Shown in pieces: positions 9,283 to 17,039 of a stretch of 64,000 nucleotides of DNA. The position numbers and the translations under genes were made by a program. The DNA lies in NCBI GenBank assembly GCA_903821695.1, contig CAIJLX010000027.1, positions 1,006 to 65,005 of the forward strand. Reading direction: 5' to 3'. The first letter of the stretch is position 1; each line of letters begins with the position of its first letter. This DNA is from an uncultured Alphaproteobacteria bacterium (lineage in GTDB: Bacteria; Pseudomonadota; Alphaproteobacteria; Rickettsiales; CAIJLX01). A model generated the notes under the pieces. It was not told the DNA's origin, ran no database searches, and saw nothing but the letters and a program-made list of their open reading frames with translations.

Positions 9283-9750
9283 TTATTTCGCAATTTTATT
9301 GCCGATTGCAGCGCCGCCGACGGCGCCAAGAGCGCCACCCGCTAGTGCGCCCGCTGAGGTAATAGCCATCATCTGCTGAATAGAGGGGGCAATCACATTT
9401 GTGGCTACTGTTTGTTTTATGGCTTCTTCAGTTACCAATCCTGCCGATGAGGCAAATGCAGCACCACCTAAAATCGTGCTCCCTAATGAAAAACCGAGCA
9501 GAGAACACGCAGCAGAAGCGAGATAGTTCATCACGCTACGTTTTTCATCACGTTTCCCTAATAATGCATCTCCAAGTGCCAAACCGATAACAGCACCCAC
9601 AATAGGAATGCCAAAACCGAGTGCAAGTGCAGCGCCGCCAGTTACAGCTGTTACTTCAGCAGCCGTCAATAACGCAGCCGCAACTTGCGAAGCCGCAATG
9701 ACCCCAACAATCGAAGATACACCCGAAACAATAGCGCCTGCTTCTGCCAT
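9283..9750 (-). CDS. Ala/Gly-rich glycine-zipper membrane protein, 155 aa, no family assigned
   Basis: Composed almost entirely of A/G/S/V/I/L/T, with GxxxG ladders (VGAVIGLALG; GALAGGALGAVGGAAIG). No signal peptide or lipobox. Confidence 0.6.
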   Translation of the reverse strand: MAEAGAIVSGVSSIVGVIAASQVAAALLTAAEVTAVTGGAALALGFGIPIVGAVIGLALGDALLGKRDEKRSVMNYLASAACSLLGFSLGSTILGGAAFASSAGLVTEEAIKQTVATNVIAPSIQQMMAITSAGALAGGALGAVGGAAIGNKIAK

Positions 9751-9993
9751 GGTGAGAGTATTACAGATGTTTGTTACAAAATGATGACTAATCCTATTAG
9801 TCCCTCATAAGTTACATATACCCTACAATTTATAGGTACTTAGTGGGTCATTTTGTCATAAAAAACTTCACACTTTCTTTCCTTAAATAGTTATATAATG
9901 ACGCTAATTCTCCGTGCTATGTCACAAATTCAGATGTGGCCGGTATTGGCCTTCTGAATATAGACGGAGGGTCTTCATGAAAGGAGGTACTCT

Positions 9994-10212
9994 GTGTCCT
10001 TCAGAATTGAGGTTGTTCCTTCCTCAGTGAGAAAAAGTCCGGAGGAAGGACGTAGGATTGCTGCAAAGTTACAGAAATCCTACGAAGAATGCAGAGCTAG
10101 AGACGAGGCTCTTGCCAGTGGGCAGCAAGAGCAAGAAGACTACTGGGCTTTGCAAGACATCTTAGGACCGGGTCCGGTTCATCCTTATGTGGATAGAGGG
10201 CCGCTTCATTAG
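9994..10212 (+). CDS. possible small protein (72 aa, GTG start); alternatively part of a non-coding RNA
   Basis: A strong AAAGGAGG lies 6 nt before the GTG. Against coding: Arg is coded mostly by AGA/AGG, unlike the neighbouring genes, and the ORF contains two perfect 9-bp hairpins. Confidence 0.35.
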   Translation: MSFRIEVVPSSVRKSPEEGRRIAAKLQKSYEECRARDEALASGQQEQEDYWALQDILGPGPVHPYVDRGPLH

Positions 10213-10237
10213 AAAGTAAGGTGAGATTTTGAATTAG

Positions 10238-10275
10238 AGCGCCGTGGGATTATTCCCCGGCGCTCGTTTTTTTTA
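10238..10275 (+). terminator. rho-independent terminator
   Basis: GAGCGCCG (10238-10245) pairs with CGGCGCTC (10259-10266). A T-tract (G + T9, 10267-10276) follows and abuts the recR stop. Confidence 0.8.
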
Positions 10276-10857
10276 TTACATACTCTGCCGGCTTTTTAGC
10301 GCTGCACCCAACGTACCTTCGTCCAAATAATCCAGCTCGCCACCTACCGGAATGCCGTAGGCGATGCGGGTTACGGGGATGTTTAGGGGTTTTAATTGTT
10401 CGGTAATGTAGAAGGCGGTGGTTTGGCCGTCGACGGTGGCGTTGGTGGCGAGGATGACCTCTTTTAAGCCCTCGGCTCGTTTGAATAATTTGGGGATGCC
10501 GAGTTGGTCGGGGCCTCTGCCATCCATCGCGGAAAGCGTGCCGCCTAATACGTGATACATGCCTTTGAATAGGCCGCTACGTTCAATTGCCCAGAGGTCG
10601 GCGACTTCTTCGACGACGCAAATTTGATCATGCGGGCGGCGTTGATCGCTGCAGATATTGCAGGGTGAAGAGGTATCAAGATTGCCGCATATTTCACAAA
10701 TTTTGATAGAATACAGCGTTTGCTGAAGTGCCACGATGAGTGGCTGAAATAATTTTTCTTTGTTCTTAAATAAATGCAACACCGCACGCCGTGCCGAGCG
10801 GGGGCCAAGGCCGGGAAGTTTGGAAAGCAACGTTGCGAGGTTATCTATCGGTGTCAT
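10276..10857 (-). CDS. recR: recombination protein RecR
   Basis: LPGLGPRSARR helix-hairpin-helix, a CxxC...CxxC zinc finger (CEICGNLDTSSPCNIC) and a Toprim region. dnaX-ybaB-recR synteny. Confidence 0.95.
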   Translation of the reverse strand: MTPIDNLATLLSKLPGLGPRSARRAVLHLFKNKEKLFQPLIVALQQTLYSIKICEICGNLDTSSPCNICSDQRRPHDQICVVEEVADLWAIERSGLFKGMYHVLGGTLSAMDGRGPDQLGIPKLFKRAEGLKEVILATNATVDGQTTAFYITEQLKPLNIPVTRIAYGIPVGGELDYLDEGTLGAALKSRQSM

Positions 10858-11178
10858 TTAGAACGGTAATTTGAACCCTGCTGGCAGGCCTAAGCCGCCG
10901 GTGAGTTTGCCCATTTCATCGCTCATTTTGGATTCGTTTTGGTTTTTGGCATCGTTGATCGCAGCGACGATTAAATCTTCGAGCACTTCTTTATCGGATG
11001 GATCAACCAGTTTCGGATCGATGATCAGTTTTTTGGCTTCGCCTTTGCCGTTCATGGTGATTTGCACCATGCCGCCACCGGATTTACCGGTGATTTCGGT
11101 TTCAGCCAGCTTTTGCTGCATCTCCTCCATCTTCTTCTGCATTGCCTGCGCTTGTTGCATCATTTTTTGTATGTTCAT
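10858..11178 (-). CDS. ybaB: nucleoid-associated protein YbaB/EbfC
   Basis: MNIQKMMQQAQAMQKKMEEMQQKL...GGGMVQITMNGKGE...LEDLIVAAINDA. I start it at the ATG at 11178 (GGAG 9 nt upstream) rather than the track ORF start at 11244. Confidence 0.9.
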   Translation of the reverse strand: MNIQKMMQQAQAMQKKMEEMQQKLAETEITGKSGGGMVQITMNGKGEAKKLIIDPKLVDPSDKEVLEDLIVAAINDAKNQNESKMSDEMGKLTGGLGLPAGFKLPF

Positions 11179-12748
11179 GTTCGTCTCCGTCTTTTTTGAT
11201 GATTGTTTTGATCGCAGCACCCGGGAAGGCCTGCAAAATTTCACGCACCGCCGGGTGGTTGAGCGCTTGTTCTTTGAGTTCGAGTTGGCGTTTATCTTCT
11301 TCCTCTTTCAGCGAAGGAGCACCCTCTTCGTTCGACACGATCACTAGCCAATGCCGCCCCGTCCACAGTTTTAGCTTTTCCGAAAGCCGCCCACCTAATT
11401 CCGATGGCGCATTTTTCGCCGGGCGAAATTCGAGCCGGCCTGGTTCGCAGATAATCGGATAGACATCGCTCACCAACCATTGATGCAGGAAGGGTTCACG
11501 GCGCTCTTTAAACAACGCCACCAACTCTTTGAAATTTTTCGGCATCGCCATCAACGCTTCTTCGCGTTTTGGTGCAGCTGCTGGTGCTTGCACGGGTATC
11601 GCCGCCTGCGGATTATTTTTGAGTGTACGAATTAAATCTGTAGGCGATGGCAAATCTGAAATAAATGCCAAACGAATGAGCGCCATTTCCAATGCCATCA
11701 TCGGCTGCGGCGCATGTTTTACTTCTTCAACCGCCTTAATCAGCGATTGCCAAAGTCGACCCAAAAATGGAATCGACAACTTCTCCGCCAACGCCACCGC
11801 TCGCGTAATATCGCTGCCATTCAAATGCGACGATTGCTTGAGCGAAGGCGCCGCCTTGAGCTGCGAAAGCAGATGCGCAATCTCAAGCATATCTTCCAGC
11901 ACCTGAATCGGATCCGCCCCGGCTTGATAAAGCGAGCGAGCCTTCTCTAGCGTCTGCTCAATATTACCGGCGAAGAGTGGCTCCAGCAGCCCAAATATTT
12001 GCTGCCAGCCAACCAGGCCGAGCATCTGCCGGACCACTTGTTCTTCAATCTTTTTACCCTCACCCGACAGGGCCATGGCTTGATCGAGAATTGAGAGTGA
12101 ATCACGCACACTACCTTCGGCCGCATCGGCAATAACCTGCAGGGCAGCTTCATCAAACACGAAATCTTCTTTGCCACAAACATTCGCGAGGTGGTTGGCC
12201 AATACATCCGGCTCAACTCGTGCCAAATCAAATCGCATACAGCGCGACAAAATCGTGACTGGAATTTTGCGAATTTCGGTGGTGGCGAACACGAAAATCA
12301 CGTGTGGTGGCGGCTCTTCCAATGTCTTCAACAGGCCGTTAAATGCGGCCTTTGAGAGCATATGCACCTCATCGATGATGTAAATTTTATGGCGGCCCAT
12401 CGTCGGCAAATATTGCACCGAATCAATAATTTCGCGGATATCGTTAATGCCGGTATGGCTCGCCGCATCCATTTCCAGCACATCAACATGACGGCTTTCA
12501 GCAATCGCAACGCAATTGCTGCAGACACCGCATGGATTCGCGGTTTCGCCCACTTCGCAGTTTAGGGCTTTGGCAATAATGCGAGCGGTCGTTGTTTTGC
12601 CAACTCCACGAATCCCCGTCAGGATAAATGCATGCGGAATGCGGTTGGCAGCGATGGCGTTATTAAGTGTACGAACCAATGTTTCTTGGCCAATCAGCGC
12701 AGAAAAATCTTGGGGACGGTATTTACGGGCGAGAACGCGATAAGACAT
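11102..12748 (-). CDS. dnaX: DNA polymerase III subunit gamma/tau
   Basis: YRVLARKYRPQDF, Walker A GIRGVGKTT, the zinc module CGVCSNC, DEVHMLS and SRC sensor motifs. The 3' end overlaps ybaB by 77 nt. Confidence 0.95.
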   Translation of the reverse strand: MSYRVLARKYRPQDFSALIGQETLVRTLNNAIAANRIPHAFILTGIRGVGKTTTARIIAKALNCEVGETANPCGVCSNCVAIAESRHVDVLEMDAASHTGINDIREIIDSVQYLPTMGRHKIYIIDEVHMLSKAAFNGLLKTLEEPPPHVIFVFATTEIRKIPVTILSRCMRFDLARVEPDVLANHLANVCGKEDFVFDEAALQVIADAAEGSVRDSLSILDQAMALSGEGKKIEEQVVRQMLGLVGWQQIFGLLEPLFAGNIEQTLEKARSLYQAGADPIQVLEDMLEIAHLLSQLKAAPSLKQSSHLNGSDITRAVALAEKLSIPFLGRLWQSLIKAVEEVKHAPQPMMALEMALIRLAFISDLPSPTDLIRTLKNNPQAAIPVQAPAAAPKREEALMAMPKNFKELVALFKERREPFLHQWLVSDVYPIICEPGRLEFRPAKNAPSELGGRLSEKLKLWTGRHWLVIVSNEEGAPSLKEEEDKRQLELKEQALNHPAVREILQAFPGAAIKTIIKKDGDEHEHTKNDATSAGNAEEDGGDAAKAG

Positions 12749-12757
12749 GCTGTTTTT

Positions 12758-13513
12758 CTAGTTGCCGAAGTGGACGGCGTCAATATCCAATAGCAGGGCC
12801 GAGTGATCGGAGAATGGCTGCGGGATAATTTGCAATTTTGCCGATTTGGCAATTTTCGGAGTGCAGATGCAAATATCCAGCAAAAGACGGCGTTTATGGA
12901 AGGTAAACGTAGTTTCGGTTTTGTCATTCAGCAGCACATAATTCGTATCCTGCAGCAACCCATCCAACTCCTGCAACCCATTCAGCACATTAAAATCCCC
13001 TAGCAAAATCACCTCGCCCGTCTCCGCCACCATCCATTTGCGGATTTCAGTAAATTGCTTTTGCCGAGTATTTGCACGCAGCGAAAAATGAGCGAAATAA
13101 AGAGCGATATTTTCGAGCTGCACGCGATAGACCAATCGCTTGCTGCCGGAAGCAAAATAACGCCGTTCAAATGGCAGCTTTTTTTTCGCCATAAAGGCAT
13201 TGGATTTACCTTTATGGAGTGGCAGTTTCCCTAGGATATTACCATATTTATCGCTGATATCATGGAATGGATAATTCCCATCCATCAGCCGCGAAATTTG
13301 GTTAATGTAGCTCGAATAAAACGAGCCGCTATCAATCTCCAGCAAACAGCATACATCTGGGGTCTCGCGATCGATCAATGTTTTTAACTGATCGAGTGCT
13401 TGATGCTGCACTTTTGGCGGGCAGTAAACATGACGATAAGCGTGTAATAAATGGCTTTTTAAGCCACCATCCATGGCTTTAGCGTAACCAATATTGCTGA
13501 AAAACACTTTCAT
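12758..13513 (-). CDS. endonuclease/exonuclease/phosphatase (EEP) family protein, YbhP-like
   Basis: EEP signature order: early CLLEID, then LLGDFN, then C-terminal FSDHSAL. Four-nt overlap with the upstream PLD-family gene. Confidence 0.7.
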   Translation of the reverse strand: MKVFFSNIGYAKAMDGGLKSHLLHAYRHVYCPPKVQHQALDQLKTLIDRETPDVCCLLEIDSGSFYSSYINQISRLMDGNYPFHDISDKYGNILGKLPLHKGKSNAFMAKKKLPFERRYFASGSKRLVYRVQLENIALYFAHFSLRANTRQKQFTEIRKWMVAETGEVILLGDFNVLNGLQELDGLLQDTNYVLLNDKTETTFTFHKRRLLLDICICTPKIAKSAKLQIIPQPFSDHSALLLDIDAVHFGN

Positions 13514-14592
13514 AATAATCGTTTAATGGGCCTACCTAAGATACCGATTATTTTATAAAGAAATGGCCGCTCTTTCCAATCTTTCATCGTATAATTTTTG
13601 CTTTTCTCGAGATCCATCAACGCATGTGATTTAAGTTCGGCCACTTTCGCCGTATCTGTCACAATCAAACTCGATTCGCGGTTATGGAAAAAGCTCAAAT
13701 AATCAAAATTTAAACTGCCCACGCTCGCCCAATCATCATCAATGACCAGATATTTCGCGTGCAGCACTGTAGGTTTATAAAAAAAAATCTTCACGCCGCT
13801 TTTTAGCAATGTCCGAAAATACGTCTGGCCAACACAATCCGCTAGCAACACATCTGTCGGCCCTGTTACAATCACATTCACGTTTAAGCCTTTGCGCGCG
13901 GCGGCTTTGATAACCAGGCGGAATTTTAGACTGGGCATGAAATAAGGCCCGACCAGATAAATTTCCTTCTTCGCATTTTTGAGGCGAAACAATAATTCTT
14001 TGTAAAAAGAAGTGTGCAATGCACGACCAATCACCAACTGCAGGCCATCTTTTCCCGAAGAATGATATTCGGCCTGCTCAGGATTTCTCCACAGCCTGCG
14101 AAACGCCCTGGCAAATTGCGTGGTCATTGCACCTTTAAGGCGGATTTGCGTATCTCGCCATAGCTTCATATTCATATCGATGCAGGCGCTGCCCAGATAG
14201 GCAATCCGCCCATCAATCAGTGCTGTTTTACAATGATCTCGCGGAAACCAGCGCCGAGGCGAGAGCAGATCACGCCAGCCGACGTGATTAAAAAACTCTA
14301 TCACCGCACCCGCTTTGCGCAGTTTCTCAGGCCATTTTGAATAAAACACCGTGCGGCTGCCAATTTTATCTAGCATCAGCTTTATTTCTTTTCCTTGCAG
14401 GGCTTTCTGGCAGAATAGTTTGAGGAATCGCTTCCCCTCCTCATCATCCGCCAGAATATAATGCTCCATCTGAATCGAATGCTGAGCCGCCACACAATCA
14501 GCATATAGCACCTTCCACGATTCCCCCGTCGAAAGTATGCATTGCCATGATGTAGCCTGGGTCATAATGGCGGGAACAATGTCATCATCCAT
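13510..14592 (-). CDS. phospholipase D / cardiolipin synthase family protein (ClsB-like, no TM)
   Basis: Two HxKxxxxD motifs: DHCKTALIDGRIAYLGSACID and LHAKYLVIDDDWASVGSLNFD. Confidence 0.8.
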   Translation of the reverse strand: MDDDIVPAIMTQATSWQCILSTGESWKVLYADCVAAQHSIQMEHYILADDEEGKRFLKLFCQKALQGKEIKLMLDKIGSRTVFYSKWPEKLRKAGAVIEFFNHVGWRDLLSPRRWFPRDHCKTALIDGRIAYLGSACIDMNMKLWRDTQIRLKGAMTTQFARAFRRLWRNPEQAEYHSSGKDGLQLVIGRALHTSFYKELLFRLKNAKKEIYLVGPYFMPSLKFRLVIKAAARKGLNVNVIVTGPTDVLLADCVGQTYFRTLLKSGVKIFFYKPTVLHAKYLVIDDDWASVGSLNFDYLSFFHNRESSLIVTDTAKVAELKSHALMDLEKSKNYTMKDWKERPFLYKIIGILGRPIKRLL

Positions 14593-14679
14593 ATAAGTTC
14601 TCTATCGTATTGCGAGGCAAGGAGGCCTGCCTTGTCACGCCGTAGCCTTGGCGAAGGCGGAAGGAAACATCAAAAGAAC

Positions 14680-14772
14680 AGTGAGGCTGGACGACCCGAC
14701 AAGGATCCTGTTATGGCTGCTTCGGTTAAGACCTGACCAGATTGGCAGGGTTGCCGCCCGCCCAACCTCAGG
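14680..14772 (-). ncRNA. ffs: signal recognition particle RNA (4.5S / small bacterial SRP RNA)
   Basis: The reverse strand reads GGUUGGGCGGGCGGCAACCCUGCCAAUCUGGUCAGGUCUUAACCGAAGCAGCCAUAACAGGAUCCUUGUCGGGUCGUCCAGCC. The conserved domain IV strands GGUCAGGUC and GAAGCAGCC are present at the same spacing as in E. coli 4.5S, and the flanks pair (GGUUGG/CCAGCC, GGCAA/UUGUC, CCUG/CAGG). The ends are approximate. Confidence 0.7.
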
Positions 14773-14778
14773 AAGATA

Positions 14779-14814
14779 TGTAAGTTGCTGGTTGTAAGTT
14801 GCAAGTTGTAAGTT
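14779..14814. repeat. three direct copies of TGTAAGTT(GC) at 14-nt spacing
   Basis: Copies start at 14779, 14793 and 14807. They lie between the 5' end of ffs and the ftsK start. Confidence 0.8.
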
Positions 14815-14825
14815 ATTTTAGTGGG

Positions 14826-17039
14826 ATGAATTTCATCCGCCGGAGAATACAGGAGATATATGGGTTAGCGCTGCTTGCGCTCGCGCTTTATATCGTCGTC
14901 GCATTGCTGGATTATTATCCTTCCGATCCCTCCTTCACCGTCACCTCTGGTGCTGCGGTTAAAAACATCGCTGGCCGGGTGGGGGCTTATATTGCGAGTC
15001 CTATCTTACAATTCTTGGGCCTGGCGGGCGGAATTTTGCCTGTATTAGCGCTATTTACCTGGGGTTGGAAACTGCTGCACAAAAGCCCTACTAGCCTATT
15101 GTGGCTGCGGCTTTCGACACTTTTGGTGGCCCTCATTCCAGCCTCTGGATTATTGCACCTCATCCACCACACCGAAAGCCTCGCCTTCCCACAAGGCTGG
15201 GGCGGTTATATCGGCGTATTTATCGCCAATAAAATGATCGCCAAACTGGGTGTCGCCACCTTCGCCTGCGGTGCGCTGGCCCTGTTATTGGGGGCTTTAT
15301 ATGTAGTATTAGGCCTCAGCATTGCTGAATGGAAAGAGGTCGGCCTCAAACTTCAGGAGATGTACATCAACCTCCGCGAGCGCAAAAACGAGATGCTGCG
15401 CAAGCCATTGCCCCGCCGTGCCCCTAGAATATCCGCCGATGAACCAGAAATAGAAGAACACGCCATCGCCGTTGCCCCCGTCAAAAAAGCGCCACGAGTC
15501 TCAAAGCCTAAGCAGGAAAAATTCGATCTTCGTCGTCCGAATGAGTTTGAACTGCCGGACATGGAACTATTAAATGTAGCTCCCAAAAAATCCAAAGGCC
15601 CACAGCTTTCCGAAACCAGCCTCATGCAAAACGCCCGCATGTTGGAAAAAGTATTGCAGGATTTCGGCGTAAGCGGCGTCATCACCCATGTCCGCCCCGG
15701 CCCGGTTGTAACACTTTATGAATTGGAGCCAGCCCCCGGCACCAAAGCCTCTCGTGTAATCGGCTTATCGGATGATATCGCCCGCAACATGAGCGCCATC
15801 TCTGCCCGTATTGCCGCCGTTGCTGGCAAAAACGTGATCGGTATCGAACTGCCAAACTCCAACCGCGAAACCGTCTATTTACGCGAGTTATTTGAAACCG
15901 ATGAATTTAAATCCGATGACCTAAACCTTGCGATTGCATTGGGTAAAGATATTGGCGGCGAGCCTATAGTAGTCGATCTCGCTAAGATGCCACACTTGTT
16001 GGTCGCAGGTACGACAGGTTCCGGTAAATCAGTCGCGATTAATACGATGATTTTGTCGCTGCTTTATAAATATACGCCGGAAGAATGCAAATTCATCATG
16101 GTCGATCCGAAGATGTTAGAGCTTTCGGTTTATGACGGCATTCCGCATTTGCTTGCGCCTGTGGTGACTGAACCTGGCAAAGCTGTGGTAGCACTGAAGT
16201 GGACCGTGAAGGAAATGGAAAACCGTTATCGCCTGATGTCTAACCTCGGCGTACGCAGTGTTGCAGGTTACAACCAAATGCTCGAGAAAGCCGAAAAAAC
16301 CGGCCAGGAATTGACTCGCACAGTGCAGACTGGTTTCGAAGTTGAAACCGGTAAACCGATTTTTGAAACCGTCAAACTTGATACCTCACCCCTACCCTTC
16401 ATCGTCGTGATCGTAGATGAAATGGCGGATTTGATGTTGGTGGCGGGCAAAGATATTGAAGGTTCAATCCAACGCCTTGCACAGATGGCACGTGCGGCTG
16501 GCATTCACCTTATCATGGCAACGCAGCGCCCTAGTGTGGATGTTATCACCGGCGTTATCAAAGCGAACTTTCCAACCCGGATTAGCTTCCAGGTAACCTC
16601 AAAAATCGATAGCCGCACCATCTTGGGCGAGCAAGGTGCGGAACAATTATTAGGCCAAGGTGACATGCTTTATATGGCTGGCGGCGGACGCATCACCCGT
16701 GTGCATGGTCCATTCGTAAGCGATCAAGAAGTAGAGAAAATCGCCAACTATCTCCGCTCACAAGGCGAGCCGGCTTATGTTGAAAACATTACGGTCGATG
16801 AGGAAGAAGAAGCGGCCTTCGCTGGCGGCGGTGGCAGTAGTGGCGATGATCTGTATGACCAAGCTGTGGCGGCCGTCGTGCGTGATGGCAAAGCTTCGAC
16901 CAGCTATGTGCAACGGGTGTTAAAAATTGGATATAACCGTGCCGCAACTATGATCGAGCGCATGGAAAAAGAAGGCGTCGTTAGCAAACCAAACCATGCT
17001 GGCAAACGCGAAATATTAGCACGAAGGGATGTGGCGTGA
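14826..17039 (+). CDS. ftsK: DNA translocase FtsK
   Basis: N-terminal 4-TM domain, a Pro/Lys-rich linker, Walker A GTTGSGKS, IVVIVDEMADLM, ATQRPSVDVITG and a C-terminal gamma wHTH (YDQAVAAVVRDGKASTSYVQRVLKIGYNRAA). I prefer the ATG at 14826 over the TTG at 14799. Confidence 0.93.
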   Translation: MNFIRRRIQEIYGLALLALALYIVVALLDYYPSDPSFTVTSGAAVKNIAGRVGAYIASPILQFLGLAGGILPVLALFTWGWKLLHKSPTSLLWLRLSTLLVALIPASGLLHLIHHTESLAFPQGWGGYIGVFIANKMIAKLGVATFACGALALLLGALYVVLGLSIAEWKEVGLKLQEMYINLRERKNEMLRKPLPRRAPRISADEPEIEEHAIAVAPVKKAPRVSKPKQEKFDLRRPNEFELPDMELLNVAPKKSKGPQLSETSLMQNARMLEKVLQDFGVSGVITHVRPGPVVTLYELEPAPGTKASRVIGLSDDIARNMSAISARIAAVAGKNVIGIELPNSNRETVYLRELFETDEFKSDDLNLAIALGKDIGGEPIVVDLAKMPHLLVAGTTGSGKSVAINTMILSLLYKYTPEECKFIMVDPKMLELSVYDGIPHLLAPVVTEPGKAVVALKWTVKEMENRYRLMSNLGVRSVAGYNQMLEKAEKTGQELTRTVQTGFEVETGKPIFETVKLDTSPLPFIVVIVDEMADLMLVAGKDIEGSIQRLAQMARAAGIHLIMATQRPSVDVITGVIKANFPTRISFQVTSKIDSRTILGEQGAEQLLGQGDMLYMAGGGRITRVHGPFVSDQEVEKIANYLRSQGEPAYVENITVDEEEEAAFAGGGGSSGDDLYDQAVAAVVRDGKASTSYVQRVLKIGYNRAATMIERMEKEGVVSKPNHAGKREILARRDVA

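Noticed and set aside
9900-10275. Identification of the structured region as RNase P RNA or two-piece alphaproteobacterial tmRNA
   Set aside because: The size and a few strings (GAAAAAGUCCGG, GUAAGGUGAGA) are suggestive. However, I could not form the P4 helix (no CCGGCUU-type partner) or P1. I also found no T-arm/ACCA acceptor piece and no Ala-Ala-stop tag frame. It is kept as an unassigned RNA or small-ORF finding instead.
11191-11197. A6G (AAAAAAG on the coding strand) in dnaX as a possible gamma-subunit -1 frameshift site
   Set aside because: The heptamer is in the wrong phase (codons AAA AAA GAC, not A AAA AAG). It lies at the extreme C-terminus, about 30 codons before the stop, so a shift there could not generate a gamma-like truncation. 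I saw no downstream stem-loop.
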